Origin: Octopus sinensis
Taxonomy: Eukaryota
Reading direction: 5' to 3'
Assembly: GCF_006345805.1 (NCBI RefSeq)
Contig: NC_042999.1
Location: forward strand, 105,834,001-105,898,000
Length of the DNA: 64,000 bases
Positions 26,775 to 40,707 of the stretch are shown piece by piece (the stretch's first letter is position 1; the number at the start of each line of letters is the position of its first letter). Position numbers and translations under genes: made by a program. The notes below the pieces were generated by a model, which worked only from the letters and a program-made list of their open reading frames with translations, was not told the DNA's origin and ran no database searches.

Positions 26775-29095
26775 ATGTGTGTGTGTTTGTGTGTGTGTGT
26801 GTGCGCGTGTGTGTATAGGTAATCTATTTCAATGCAGTTCTTTACAGACAATGACAAAACTAATATATATCAATAAAGAATGGGATAATAAATTCAATTC
26901 TTCTTTTGCAAAATGTCCGTAGCCATAAAAGAAAAAGATTAAATAAAAGGAAATGAGAGAAAATAATGAATGTTCTTTCAAAGTTTGAATTCAGTTGTAT
27001 TAACGAGAAGATTTCATGTTACATATTGAGTGTTTATTGCGACACTATACATTTAGAAATAGATAAATACGGGGAAAAAATATTAAGAAGACTTACGTTG
27101 TTTAAAATGGAAACAAAATCTTGACAGCAGGTCAAAGAGATATATGCCATTAATTACAATAAGACTTTGTTAATTTCTAATATTTATAAAGTTCAAATAG
27201 AATTTCACCTTTCCAATATTCTCCATCAAATATGCAGAAGTGTGGTACATGAAATATTAGTTTGTTGTAACATTAACTTCTACCGTATTAATTGATCGAC
27301 ATTTCATTTTCTGCGTTATTACCGATTCTCATTCTTTCCTTTTTTTCAGTCTATTTTTCAATGTGTCTGCTCTGCGTATCAAATCAAATACCGATAGACA
27401 CACACATTCTCTCACTATTCCTTTCTTATACCACATAATCATAGTTATATACTTACATGTACTTTTTTATCTGTGTGTGTTTCCTTCTTTATATATACAT
27501 ACACAAATACTTGTGTGTATTACCAATTTTTAAAAACGTAACGCGGAAATCTACATGATTTCTCTCATGCTAATATCGGGCCGAAGTATTGTGATGGTGT
27601 AAATGTCAATCCTAAGAAGCGACAGGGAATAGTCAGTTAGGGTTTCAATTTAGGAGAGGTCCTGTTGAAATAATTGCTTTTTTTTCAGTGCGTCAAAAGT
27701 TTGTGAAAAGAAAACTACACTCGTCTCTAGCAGTTCCTTTACATTTTACAACGTTTGGAAAAATACAAAAACATTATGATATATCAGAGAACGACCTCAG
27801 TTAAGTGTGTACAACATATTTTTTTTTAATGCTTCCCTCAATAAACTTGTAACTAATAATATCCTAGATTCAAATATTCCCTACCTCTCTCCAATGATGG
27901 AATGCCTAACCGATGTGAAAATCTTTACTCAATAATATAAGATCCAAATGCTTCACTATTCTAGAAACATCTCTAAGAGACACTTAAAAAAAAGGCCCGG
28001 ACGGTTAACGGTGTAGCATCTTGAGTATTTCATATAATTTTGTCTCTGTTGTCACGTACTGTCTCCAGTGTAAACGTTGCAATATTTTAGTAGTTTTAGT
28101 AGTGTAACTTAGCTTTACTTCTGCATCAAGTCTATCACTTCTGCATTAGCAAATCCAACAGCTGCGGCGGGTAATTACACCCAACAAACATATAGTTAAA
28201 AACATTGGACCAAGAACGTTTAGTTTTGTGTCAGTAAAACATTGTCTTATTCTTATTGTGGCAATAATGGAAATGAGATGAAAAGATGAAGGACTGAGGA
28301 AGAAACAGTTCTATAAGATTACAGTTAGCTGAAGGTTCACCAGATTTTATAGGCAATTCATTCCTTAACCTTAGAACTTAAATACACGCACACACTGGCA
28401 CACGAACAATCCCACCCGCACACACGTACAGATACTTATACACATGCACACCACATGTGCGTACACACGCACATACGCACACATACACATGCACTCACGT
28501 GTTGGTGTGAATGCTGATATGTTTTGTAGCCAGTTGGATTCAAAAGTTGATAGCAGTAAAGATGTGGGTTCCAATGGTTTAGGTGTCATAACTTGATCTG
28601 CCCACCATCACGAACATTAGATGTTATTTATGGTGAGCGGTTATTGTTGGTGATCTGCTAGTCATATAATTCCTAATTGTATTGTTGTAGAGGTTTAGTC
28701 TCAAGTCAATCCTCCTAGATCAAATATTAAGGACATTTCATCCCACTTTTAGAATACACTAGGCTACATTATATGTTTGGTTTTTTTTTTTTGGTTTTTT
28801 CAATGGAATTGCTTATCTACCTAACACCATATATTACTGTTGCGGTAGGTGGTTGTGATTGTGTTGGGGATAACACTCGCACATACATACAAACATACAT
28901 ACACATTTATACATACACACACACAGACATATATATTTATACATGTGTGTATGTGTGGGTATGTATGTGTGTAATGCGATGATTGGTTTTCAAATCGTTA
29001 ACTGCATAATTTGATTTTCACCAAAATGCACGTGACCATTCAGCTACCGGGAAAGTGTCAGCAATTTAAAACTACGTAATAGTTTTAAAAAACTT

Positions 29096-30017
29096 GGATC
29101 TTTACTTTTTGACCGGCAGATTTAGAAAATAATTTTTTGTAACTAAACACTTTCCAACTTCGTATAGTGATAGAATGTATTATATAAAACATCTTTTACT
29201 CTCATCGTTTTTGAGGAAAGTTTATGTTTACGAAGTTATTTCGTGCTGATGTTTAAGAATTTTGGTAATATCAACCAATCAATGACGTGTATTCAGCTGA
29301 ATAAAGGTACTGCTGTTGTTTGTCAACACCAACTTCGAGTGGTGTATATTTCGTTTGTCACTGTTTTTTTTCTGACATATTTCATCTCAGTTATGTTTGT
29401 ATGAATAAACAAATGTATCTAAAGCATGTTTACTTCATGGTACCACCATAATCGTTCGTGCATTTCTATGGCTTGTATTTTTTTTTTCTGTTTTTCAGTT
29501 ACTATTTTCGGAAAAACTTTTTGCCCCCTAACCCTACCTCGCCAATTTCTTCATTTTTAATGTTTTTCGTAACTGTAACCCTAAAACACCAACCCTAACG
29601 CTAAAATCTTGACCCTAACTCTAAAGCCCTAACCCTATCCCTAACTCCAAAATCCTAATCCTAAAACCCTAACCCTAACCCTAAAACCCTAATTCTAACC
29701 CTAAAACTTTAAAGCTAAAACAAGTACAAATGCACGAACAATGTCATAAATAACAGTGACAAACGAAATATACAGAGCCGATAGTTGTTGTTGACAAACA
29801 ACGGCAGTAATTTTATTCAATTGAATACACGTCATTGATTGGTTGAAATTACAGAATACGAGAATTTTAGCACAAAATAACTGCGTAAACATAAACCTTT
29901 CTCAAAAACGCTAAGATTAAAAGATGTTATATGACACATTCTACCAGTATACGAGGTTTGAAAGTGTTTATTTACCAAAAAATATTTTCTAAATCTGCCG
30001 GTCAAAAGATAAGATCC
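29096..30017. mobile_element. Non-autonomous long-TIR DNA transposon (MITE-like; MULE or hAT-type 8-bp TSD) with internal (CCCTAA)-like repeats
   Basis: ~280-bp imperfect TIRs 29096-29378 / 29741-30017 with GGATC...GATCC termini. Flanks AAAAACTT / AATAGCTT (6/8 match). Degenerate CCCTAA units 29525-29705. Confidence 0.85.
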
Positions 30018-30462
30018 AATAGCTTCCGTAACAGTGAAATTACAAACTGAAAAATATATGATACGGTGCTAGGAATATAAAAACATACTAGATTTGTTCT
30101 TTAATTTGCAAGTTCTGTTCGAATTACTCCCGTTTGTATAGAGGAGATACAATAATCTTCAGAATGACAACGAAGGTACTAGTTAATTAGTAGATATCAT
30201 TGCTATTAAGAAAATAACTACCAAAAATATTGAATGAGTTTCTAAGGTATATAGAGCAATGAGTCTTCTTTAAATTTCATAGATTCGAACGAGAGAAAAT
30301 AACATTTCCCTCGTCCGAAAGAAAGAAATTCTCCATAAACTTTTTATATTTGTCTGAGCTTAGATTAATATATATATCACAAAATTAGTTGCTCCAAATA
30401 CTTGCGAGTAAGTAAGTATGGAAGGTGTGTAGCAATGTGTAGAAATATTCTCTCATATCTAT

Positions 30463-30513
30463 GACTGATAATTAAAAACAAATGGAGACTGATAATTAAA
30501 AACAAATGGAGAC
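30463..30513. repeat. Perfect 24-bp tandem duplication
   Basis: GACTGATAATTAAAAACAAATGGA x2 plus GAC. Confidence 0.9.
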
Positions 30514-33500
30514 ATTTTTATCTTGCATCTAACATTATAATACGAATTTATTTGAAAAAACACTGATCAAAATAAGGTTTTAAATATGTTGGCAACGGAT
30601 TTTTCTATATCGATTATATTATAGAGCTAATATTTGATTATAGATGAAACAGCTATCTCGGTAGTATATGGGAAGCCTGACTTAATAATCTTTTAAGTAG
30701 AATTACTAAAATTATAGATATATAAGTGAAGGGTTACCATACAGGCTGGTAAAATATATTTACAACCCGGTGAGGTGTATCTTAAACTATAATATGTAAA
30801 TAAATAAAGTTTTGTATGAAATTACAAAGAAAGTGTTTTATGGAATATGATTTATTAGTTAGTGAACATTATGTTTACAATCTTTGGATTAAAGGCAAGA
30901 TCTATCCCAGTAGAGGGTAACATATTTCTACAGTCATTTGGTTTGTACTGTATTCTCATCGGGTAATTCTATCACGATTGAAATAACTGGGCATTATTAT
31001 TAGAATACGTATCATAAAACGTTGATGCGACCAATATATATTATGGACAAACATGTGGTTATTCAGTAACACTTTTATCAATATGCTGTGGAAAAAACTG
31101 CACATTAAGTTTATTTACAAAATGATGTGATTTGGGAAGATGTAATGCGGAGGGTAAAACAATTTACGGCTACTTTAGTAGAAGTAAGAAGAGTATCAAA
31201 ATATTATAGAAAGATTTCGATGATATGCAATGCATTTAGCTTAACTGAAAATATGGCGGAATTATATTATGATGTCATAAATAAAAGGAATTATGCACAC
31301 AGGAACAGAACAAACCCGAGTGGAGGGCTGATTTATTAAAATTTCGATAAATGACTATAATACTGTGTTGTTCAAGAAAGAAAGAGCACAAATGATAATG
31401 CCACTGTTATTAATATCTGACAGCATAGGAACGCTGATCTACATCTAAATCCTACTAATTATGTATGATATTCTTACATACTTGTATTCAGGAATATTAT
31501 TTTCTCGTGGGACTTAGACAACAGGACTGCCAATCATGCTGATTGTTACACAGCAGATGGCTATTTTTACACTCCTTTCTGCTATAATTCAACTTACATT
31601 AGGGATTTTTATTTAAAATTTCCTGTCTTAGATTTTGTACATTTACATCAAACGCATATCTCTCGAGGAAACATTCTTTCGCTCTGTTTAACAAAATCAA
31701 AAATACATAACAAATTACATTAATCTGCACAAATATTACGGCATCATTCGGCCAATTGTGTTGACCGACATCCTTTCTATATGTTTATAGTTATAGGTAA
31801 ATAACATGGTTGGCGAAATATCGAGCTGTGTTGCTACAAATGTGATATCCTTTGCAAAAAGATCGAAAACAGGAGTGACGTTCATTAAATTCCTAATGTT
31901 ATTAACTACCTCAGGTCATTAAGTTTTTCTGAAACTAAAATCTGGTGAGATGAAGGGAGAAACGTGTTCTACTGAAGGGCTAACATTTGAACTTCGAATA
32001 CCTTGCGGTATTTCGTCCGCAACTTTGCACTTTCAGTTCAAAATGTTGAGTTCAAAACGTACTTATTTGTCTCTTTCACACACCGTTGGATAGGCTGTGA
32101 AAGTTTGAAGGATGCCTTTCTCAGTATTTTCGATGTCAGGGACGAGAAAGTTAAGACACATAATTAAATTAATTATAAATATTCTGAGAGCGCGAACAGG
32201 TCCGCCTTATTCCAACAGTTGGAGTTTTTTAGTCGATGACGATTCTGCTATTGTGTGCACCTATCACTGACATGACCAGTATTCATATCCACAATATTAC
32301 CTCACAATAATTTCAATAGATATACACATATAATGGATAAAACACAAAAGAAGCAAACACTTCATACACGTAAATACACTGGAAATATGAGATTTGTACA
32401 ACTTATCAACAGGTTAAAAAAACAATAAAGTTGTTCAGAGTTTGTCTGAATCAACAGACTGTATCGGGTACATCAAAAATTAATTTCATTATTGTTATCG
32501 GACTTGTTATAAAGGTAGTGGACATCGTTATGGCAAAGAAATGTTACTCTAAATACTTTCTATTATTTCTTTTCATCTCTTTATGTGTCAAGCTCAAATC
32601 CTGTGTAAATAAACGCTACTTTTTGTTTTCTCGTAATCCAAAATGTATCTATAAGTGTGTGTATATATCTGTGTTATTATTTCCTTCTGATGAACCTAGT
32701 AATATTATTGGTGATTAGTTTTCTTTTAAATAAGATGAAATAAAAACGGAGAAACCTTCACACGAAATAAAACCAAAAGCTAGTTGAAAAGGCAATGACG
32801 TATAGAAGGAAAATGAACCCGACACATATGTGAACAAATAAGTTCTGGAATTTACAATGTAAGAATTATTTGCAACGTATATTTAATTATGGTTGTTATT
32901 GATTTATGTGTAGGTTGACACTTATAGAAATTGACACTCAGCTTATATAAATTACAATAACTTACAAAACCCTAGTTTCTAGCTTGCTAGATTTTCAATA
33001 TAGAACTTCTGTTTGCTATGATCGCTTCAGTAATAATCAGCTGTTATACTTTATCCTCCTCGAGAAGATATATCTTGTGCCCTGTAAATGCAAGTGAATA
33101 TAACGTCATTTTTATAGGATTAATTAATGTCATATGAAATTAAGACAGCCTCCTTTGAATGATATCGGATCATTTTGGTGACATACAGACAAAATATATT
33201 CCTGGTCAAACCCCAGGTATATGATGATATAATAGACACACTATAGAGCGGATGTAGATATGAATTTAGTTCTTGGAGATAAGTATTTTGTATGTCAAAT
33301 CTATATTTCCTTGGATACCAAATCGAGATCGCCGTAGTAACAAAGCTAAAGATAAATAGATTGGATGAAATGGACGATATAGTGTTGAATAGTTTTATAG
33401 CTATAAGTCAAAGCAAACGGGTGGATTATGTAGTTAGCTGCTTCAATCGCCCTGTTCAAATTTGCCTGCAGAGCTGTAAAAGACGATGGAAAAACACACT

Positions 33501-35429
33501 TGCGTTTTGATTTCTTTCTACAGATAAATCGTTATGTTGATTATTTATGCAAGAAGGCCGGTTAGTAGAATTTGTTTGTTGCAATTTTGATCAGTTATGT
33601 TACTGGCTGATGTTAACATGCTCACTTATTATGCTCATGGAAGGCGCCGAGTGTCGCTCTGTAAACTGACAAATGGGAATACAAATCATTGTGATAAGTA
33701 TACTTATGACTTGTTAAGGGAACAGCCTCTCTCACATTTTTTTTTTTACTGATTCAGTAAAACTGATGTAATTAATGTCCTAAGGTAAAAATGAAATTCA
33801 CAGCTACTTTTCGATTTAATGCAGTATTTTCTGACAGTTTCTTATGAATTTTCGTAGCGTTGTTTTCATTGCTATTATGATAGGCTCTTTAAAACGTTTT
33901 CCACCGAGCCTTATAGAAGTTAGATGCCAAATATGAAAAGAAAACGTTCATTTATCTTTTTGTTCAATTTGATTTAATGTGTAAACGGAGCTGCAGTGGA
34001 AATATTCCTCTTCTAGAACTTGGGAAATTATTCCATTAGATTATTTTATTTTTTCCATAGATTTTTTCTCTGAAACATCTTTCCTCGTGTTTGATTTACC
34101 TTCTAATTATTTTTTCTCTTATTTCTATTCTTCATAGATTATAGCTTTCTTTTGTAATTCCTTTTTCTGTACTTGTTGATAATAACAATGGTAATGATGA
34201 TAGTGACGAACGATTTGCTGTAGTGGTAACTGCAATATTTTGTAAAGGTTTTTGGTTTCTAGCTTTGCATGTTCTTTTCAGTTCTCCATAAATGCTTGAT
34301 TAACCATGCGATTAAAAGAAAACCACGCAATTGGAAGATATCTCAAATGAATGAGTGGCGTTATGTTTAAAGGGGGAGAGAAATCGGAAGGTTTCTAAGA
34401 ATATAAAAACAACGAAGAAAATAAATCGTACCGAAAAAGTGTAATGCATGAAATTGACCAAATAAATATAGAGGAGATAAAATGTTAAGAGGCTATCTGA
34501 TGCAGTAAAATATAAGATATAGTCAATGTGTAGTAAAACTGTCGTTATTATTAAATATAATTACAGATTAAAATTTCAGCTCTGTGCCTTGCTACAATGG
34601 GCTTCACTCTAGCTATTCTGAATACTTAATATAAATATTTTAATGCAAATATTTTTAACGATTTTTATAATACTCACCTGAATATTAAACACAGATAATA
34701 CAAAGAAATTGAACAGAAGCTGGTTCCTCTACTACTATCATGCAAGTGAATCAAAGGGAAGTATTCGTGTCTCCCAGACGCCAAATGTAAGTATAAGTGT
34801 TGTTAGAGCATTATTTGAAGAGTAGTCGTCAAAAACGATATTAAATCAAACCGTCTATATTTTATACAATTTGTTTGATAGAGAAATCAAAATAAAATTT
34901 CTGTTTGTCACATGCCTCAATAGATTCATTCACATTTTTACAATTTCTAACTGCAACATTCGTTGATGAAATGAATTCGAACAAGTTTCTAAGCTTACAG
35001 CAATAAGTATAAAATATGTTTTATTTATCCAGTGACAGGTGTAAAAAGTTAAATATGATGATTTGTATTTCGGTGAAACGTTATAATTTCATACCAGAAT
35101 CTTTACACAGAATGAACAGAGCCAGAAAATATCATGATTACTTTTTCAGAGATCCAAGTATTCAGAAATATTACCTCCCTAAAAAGTATACAGATCATAT
35201 AAATATGTAACCCACAAGTAAAAGCAGGACTGATCTAGGAATGACGATGTTACATTTTTAAACAGCCTGAAGTGTTACTCCTGTAAGTGTGAGGTGAAAA
35301 TTTGGAAACTAGTACACAAATAGGTTGAATGGAACCGATGTAAGGACCCGTATTTTGAAGGAAGAGAATATCTTGGGTTTGAAAGCAAAGTATATTATTT
35401 ATTGTATTCTATATAATATTATATGATGA

Positions 35430-35722
35430 ACGCTCCCGTCGAAAACCACGTATGAGTGTTCAGGTTTGTGATGATCGACCTGCTCGAATGATTCGTTTAT
35501 AGTGATCGAATGTTCGTGCAGCACATTAGCTCACTCTCTCCATCAAGTTGACGTTGTCTGAACATTTGCATGATGTACCACACGCCAAGAGTCGAAGTGA
35601 TCGCAGAGCAACATGAGATGAAGTGTTTTTCACAGGAACACGATTCACAATCCACTCAAGGGATTGGAACCACGACATCGCGGTCGCGGTGGCAACAACC
35701 TAACAACTGGGCCATATGCGCT
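35430..35722 (-). mobile_element. tRNA-derived SINE with CORE-like segment (family S2)
   Basis: Reverse complement starts GAGCGCATATGGCCCAGTTGTTAGG (A-box-like)...GTGGTTCCAATCCC (B-box-like)...GTGTTCCTGTGAAAAACACTTCATCTC. Confidence 0.7.
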
Positions 35723-36470
35723 CATAAAATCATTGCCAGCAAGCGCCTACGGGAATCGAAACCCTACCCCTCAGATACCGGTTGAATACTCATTCATTAA
35801 GCTAACGGTAAGTTAGTATTCGTATAATTTATGCATAATGTTAAACAGCTTCATCGAAATAAATATGCCTTAAAAATTATCAGATTTTAGTTACTGATAT
35901 GAATGATATTATTTGTCGGCATGTATAGTGGGACAAACAGCATATTATTTCGTCTCAATCCAAAATTCCATTATTGTAGATGGGAAACATACACAATGTT
36001 AGTATTGAGTTCATGATGATAAATATAAAAAAAAACACGCGTACAATCACATATATAGTGAGAAAGGGTAAGATAAATAAATTGATGCATACTGAAAACT
36101 GTATATATATACATACAAATGAGCGTACATATATACTTCCATACGTGTGTATGTATGTACATAGATAGATAAATGGCTATATAGATACATACATACAAAC
36201 ATGCGATATTAAATATCAACAGAATAGGTATTACGTCGTCAACTTCAGTCACTTACAGGTGTTTCTGCTATAGGTTGCAGTGCACTCAGAGTCAATGCTT
36301 TATATGTTACAACAGAAATAGCAGTAAGCTAATGAAGTTGATTACGTACTTCTTATTCCATTTTCAGTATATATATTACATTCGTTACTCAACTAATATA
36401 CACTTTATGAAGCATATATATATTGAGTTGTAGACCGGGTTAATATGAGCAAGCGAAAACTTAATACAAT

Positions 36471-37167
36471 CCAGGGGCTACTCAAAAGAAACTGGAATTT
36501 TGCAATTTTATTTTATTCACTTAATTTTATTTGTTTACACTTGTATTGCCTTCAAGGTATTCTTCATTTGAAACACTGCATAAGTCCAGACACGTTTACC
36601 ATTGTTCCAAGCAGTGCTGCAACTCTTACAAAGGGATTACTTTTAACGCCTCCGTCGCTTTTTGTTTAGCTCTCCCACATCTGCAAATTCCATAGCACCT
36701 GCTCTCGTCAGCTGTGCTGACATTCGAAAAATAGGTCCGGATCAATTTCCAACTGTTCTTTGCTGCAACTCTTTTCAATCGCAATTCCTCGCTCAGCATT
36801 CGTTGGCAGGAGCTCCATGACACCACAGTCGAATCAACAAGTTCCGGACAAGCTTCATGACATGTTTTGCTCATGACAGCGTTCTTGTAAGCTTTTTGAA
36901 GTATGACAACTGTTTAGGCCGCCATTTTGTGCAGCAGGAAATAGAATTTCATGGAAGCACGCTGTTCCTTCGTTTCAACCAAAATCGATGAACAGGAGAG
37001 AAGCACTACAAAGAAAAGATGCACGTACAGTAGGACTACTCTAGACGAATCCGGTCGACAGACTGATTTCTGAGGGTCGTATCAGGGGGCTTATAGTGTC
37101 AGAAGCCTGATCTACAACGGGCATGTCCTGCAGAGAACGTTTCCTGTTACTTTCGGGTATCCCCTCG
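36471..37167 (-). mobile_element. Internally deleted mariner element
   Basis: Minus strand: EQRASMKFYFLL (HTH), VSWSSCQRMLSEELRLKRVAAK, TADESRCYG (first catalytic D), and C-terminal CLEQW*TCLDLCSVSNEEYLEG. TIRs CGAGGGGATACCCGAAAGTAACAGGAA / CCAGGGGCTACTCAAAAGAAACTGGAA. Confidence 0.85.
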
Positions 37168-37333
37168 TATATGTGTGTGTGTATGTGTGTAAGTTGTGTG
37201 CACGTGTATGCGTGAATATGTGTGAGTGTATAAAATACCGATACATTCGGCGCTTCCAAAGTTAGTTGCTAAAGTATTCTCACGTTCGAAAAGCTATTAT
37301 TTAACATCAAAATTGACTGTTATCGTCCTCAGT

Positions 37334-37400
37334 GCTGTTTAGCTTAGCGGTACAGAGCACTCAGTCGGTACCTGAGAGGTAAGGGGTTGATTTCACGGCG
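37334..37400 (+). pseudogene. tRNA-like pseudogene or SINE head (anticodon GGT)
   Basis: TAGCTTAGCGGTACAGAGCA D-arm-like; perfect anticodon stem CTCAG-TCGGTAC-CTGAG; T-arm GGGGTTGATTT truncated; GCTGT/ACGGC partial acceptor stem. Confidence 0.4.
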
Positions 37401-37761
37401 CCGCCTACTGGTAGCTCACACCGCCTCTACTATCATCTAAGGATAAATATGCAATGTTACCGGCTCTTTTCACAGATATGTCTTAGAAATTTTCATATAA
37501 ATTGAAGTAACTGCGAACAGGGGTTATACTCAGGCTTTCACGATATTTTATTTCTTACTCCAAGGTAGACAGCAGGTAGATATTACACTATTCTTAAATA
37601 TTATGTAATCTTATCGTGTTTAATCTAACTTGGATGTGTGTTCTCAAGTCAATGTATCAATAAAAGTAAGAAATAATATAAGTGTGCAAACAATTTGATA
37701 TTGATATTAAAACTCCGATACATGTATTGCGAAATGTATTAGAGGTTTTAGTCTATTTAAC

Positions 37762-38110
37762 TGGTTAGCTGCCAGAACCGTTAGCACGCCGGGAAAAATA
37801 GCTTAGTGGTATTTCGATTCCGTTACGTTCTGAGTTCAAATTCCGCCGAGGTCGAATTTGCCTTTCATTCTTTCGGGACGATAAATTAAGTACCACTTAC
37901 GTACTGGGGTCGGTGTAATAGACTTAATCCGTTTGTGTGTCCTTGTTTGCTCCCTCTGTGTTTAGCCCCTTGTGGGTAGTAAAGAAATAGGTATTTCGTC
38001 TGTATTTACGTTCTGAGTTCAAATTCAGGTCGATTTTGCCTTTCATCCTTTCGATGTCGTTATAAGAATCAGCTGAGCACGGGGGTCGATGTAATTGCCT
38101 AGCCGCCCTC
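37762..38110 (+). mobile_element. tRNA-derived SINE S1, composite with two B-box segments
   Basis: TTACGTTCTGAGTTCAAATTC occurs near 37823 and 38006, each followed by GGTCGA(A/T)TTTGCCTTTCAT. Confidence 0.85.
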
Positions 38111-38239
38111 TCACACAACTTCAAACCCCATGTCTATAGTTGCAAATAATATATTCAATTGGTAGTATGAAAAATAAAATAGCGAAGATAAAATAATTGT
38201 TAGTCAATTAAAATACATCTATGAACTTTCGCTCGTTTA

Positions 38240-39528
38240 CGAGGGGCGTTCAATAAGTAATGCCCCTGACCCACTTCCCATAGCAGTAGAGCAACGAGAC
38301 TTGGCACAGTTATTAGTCTTTTTCTACATAGGAACCACCCAGAGTTACGCGTTTCTCCCATCGTTTGATGCGGCTCTGGAGACCGTTTTTGTAGAAGAAC
38401 CCAGCTTAGTCCTCCAACCTCAACGTGACTTCAGAAATCAAGGCTGCATCATCTGGGAAACGCTTTCCTTTCAAAAACAACTTCATGATTGGGAAGAGGT
38501 GAAAATCAGAGGGTGCAAGGTCAGGAAAGTAGGGGGGTTGGGGAGGAGTTCATAGCCATACGCCTGTGCTTCTGATCTGGCGACAAGCGAGTTGTGGACC
38601 GGAGCGTTGTCCTGCAGGAGGAGGATGCCTTTGCTGACCTTGCCCCGCCTCTTGATTTTGATAACTTCTCTTAATTTCCTCAAAAGTGAAGCATAATAGG
38701 CTCCTGCAATTATGGTACCCTTTGCCAGGAAATCTGTCATCACTACTCCGTCCTGGTCCCAGAAGACTGAGTATGACCTTGCCAGCGGAGGGCTGCACCC
38801 TTGTTTTCTTTGGAGGGAGTGAGTCACGGTGCTTCCACTGCATTGACTGGGCTTTGGTCTCTGGATCATCGTGATGGACCCAGGTTTCATCCTGTGTAAT
38901 CAGTCTTCTGAAAAACTTTGACTCATCTTCTTGGCACATATCCAAATTCACCCTCGAGCACTCGACGCGTTCTTACTTCTGGAAAGGCGTGAGCAACTTG
39001 GGAATCCATCTGGCAGACACCTTTTGCATATGCAAATGGTCATGAATGATAGTTTCCACAGACCCGGTACTAATCTTGACCTGATGGGCTATTTGGCGAA
39101 TAATTATGCGTCGATCTTCCAAAATGGCAGCCTCAACTTGACGGACAGATGCCTCATCAATGGCAGACGGGGGCGACCAGATCTGGGAGCTGTTTCCACA
39201 GAGTTCCGACCATGTTTGAATTCACGATGCCAGCGTTTTACAAGGTCATATGATGGGGCATCATCACCATAAGTTACTTTCATTTCATCAAAAGTCTCCC
39301 GTGGTGTGCGTCCTTTCAAATACAAAAACCGGATCACCGCTCGACACTCAACAGGCTCCATTTCACACTTGACTCGGTTCAAACACCTGTAAATCAGAAA
39401 CCACAATTAATTCAGAGCTGTAATTTGCCCCTTACTCTATAGAGATATAAATGATTGCACATGCAAAATGTCAGCTAGATTAAACAACTGCAAGTGGGTC
39501 AGAGGCATTACTTATTGAACGTCCCTCG
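38240..39528 (-). mobile_element. Full-length (1289 bp) mariner element
   Basis: 37-bp TIRs CGAGGG(G/A)CGTTCAATAAGTAATGCC(C/T)CTGACCCACTT with 2 mismatches; TA at 38238-39 and 39529-30. Confidence 0.97.
38313..39361 (-). pseudogene. Frameshifted mariner transposase (~349 codons)
   Basis: MEPVECRAVIRFLYLKG...WHREFKHGR...PRSGRP; LITQDETWVHH; VFWDQDGVV; LLLQDNAPVH; LPNPP. TAA at 38315-38313. Split over at least three frames. Confidence 0.93.
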
Positions 39529-40291
39529 TAAATTATATCCGTATTTTACTCTTGAGCCACTTACTAACAAATTATTGAATGATATGTAAACTTTGCAAGT
39601 GTAGAACTTTAACTTTGATGCATATCGTGTTACTAACTCTTTATTGTAAATATATCACAAAACCCACATCTGAATCCGCAGCAAACACCTTCATTGACTT
39701 GACAAGTTAATAAATGTTTCCTGGTGGTTTGGAGTAATAAGTTTACAGTATGGTATGAGACATTCTGCATTTATAAGTCATTGATATTAACAAATCTTCA
39801 TTGTTGGTCATCACTCATTTAACAGTCTTGTTGTAATCATGAAACAATTTCCTATTCCCTATTATATAATTAAGATAGTACAGAAAAATGTGGACTTCAT
39901 GCTATATAATACTTACATTTAATTAACATTTTCCACTTCAGATCATGTCTTACGTCTCCTACTGTAATCGATGTAGCTACACGCAATATATAACTATTCT
40001 TATAACAATTCACATCGATTTTATTTTCCATTTATCCAAGCTAATATATGATGTTGAGGTACAAAGGCGGATACGAGTGTCCAATATGTGTGTATTCTTG
40101 TGCCTACGTAATAAATGATTGATGCACCTCAATATGTCCTAGAAAATTCTAATACTAAGGTTATAACCAAAATAATAAAGGAAAATGCGTCTACTGTTTT
40201 TCAGTGAGTGTTATGCTTTTATGAGGGATTCTTCGGGAGAGTATGCAACACTTGACATTTGTTGCCATTCCTCGAATATTTTCCGTTTTTC

Positions 40292-40707
40292 GGATCTTTT
40301 CGGTTTGAAGGGCAGTTTTTTCTAGCGGTGTCATTTGAAATTGTCACCCATAATTATGACCCTAGTATCGATCTATTGCATTTCAATCTGTTTTAGGGTT
40401 AGGGTTAGGGTGGGGGGAAGGGTATCTTTTTTTCTTCACAAATGTAAATAAACCCAATCTGTTTCTTAAACGAGGGACATATTCATACGGCACATAATGT
40501 TTTTTAACTCAATGGACGTCATCGATTGGCTGAAATTGCAGAAACTAAAGAAAAAAGACAGCAAATATCTTACAAACTATAGAATTTTCTCAATAAAGTC
40601 AAGAGAAAAAGATGTTTTATGAACATATTCTACCAGTATACGAAGTTTAATTTTTTTTAGTTACCTAGAAATTATGTTAAAAACTGCCGTTCAAACTGAA
40701 AACGTCC
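40292..40707. mobile_element. Non-autonomous TIR element related to 29096-30017, with perfect 8-bp TSD
   Basis: Termini GGATCTTTTCGGTTTGAAGGGCAGTTTTT / AAAAACTGCCGTTCAAACTGAAAACGTCC. CGTTTTTC at 40284-91 and 40708-15. Right half resembles the 29.7-30.0 kb arm. Internal TTAGGG x3. Confidence 0.85.

Noticed and set aside
32686-32720. CTGATGA followed by a hairpin
   Set aside because: No GAAA or helix III/GUH follows.
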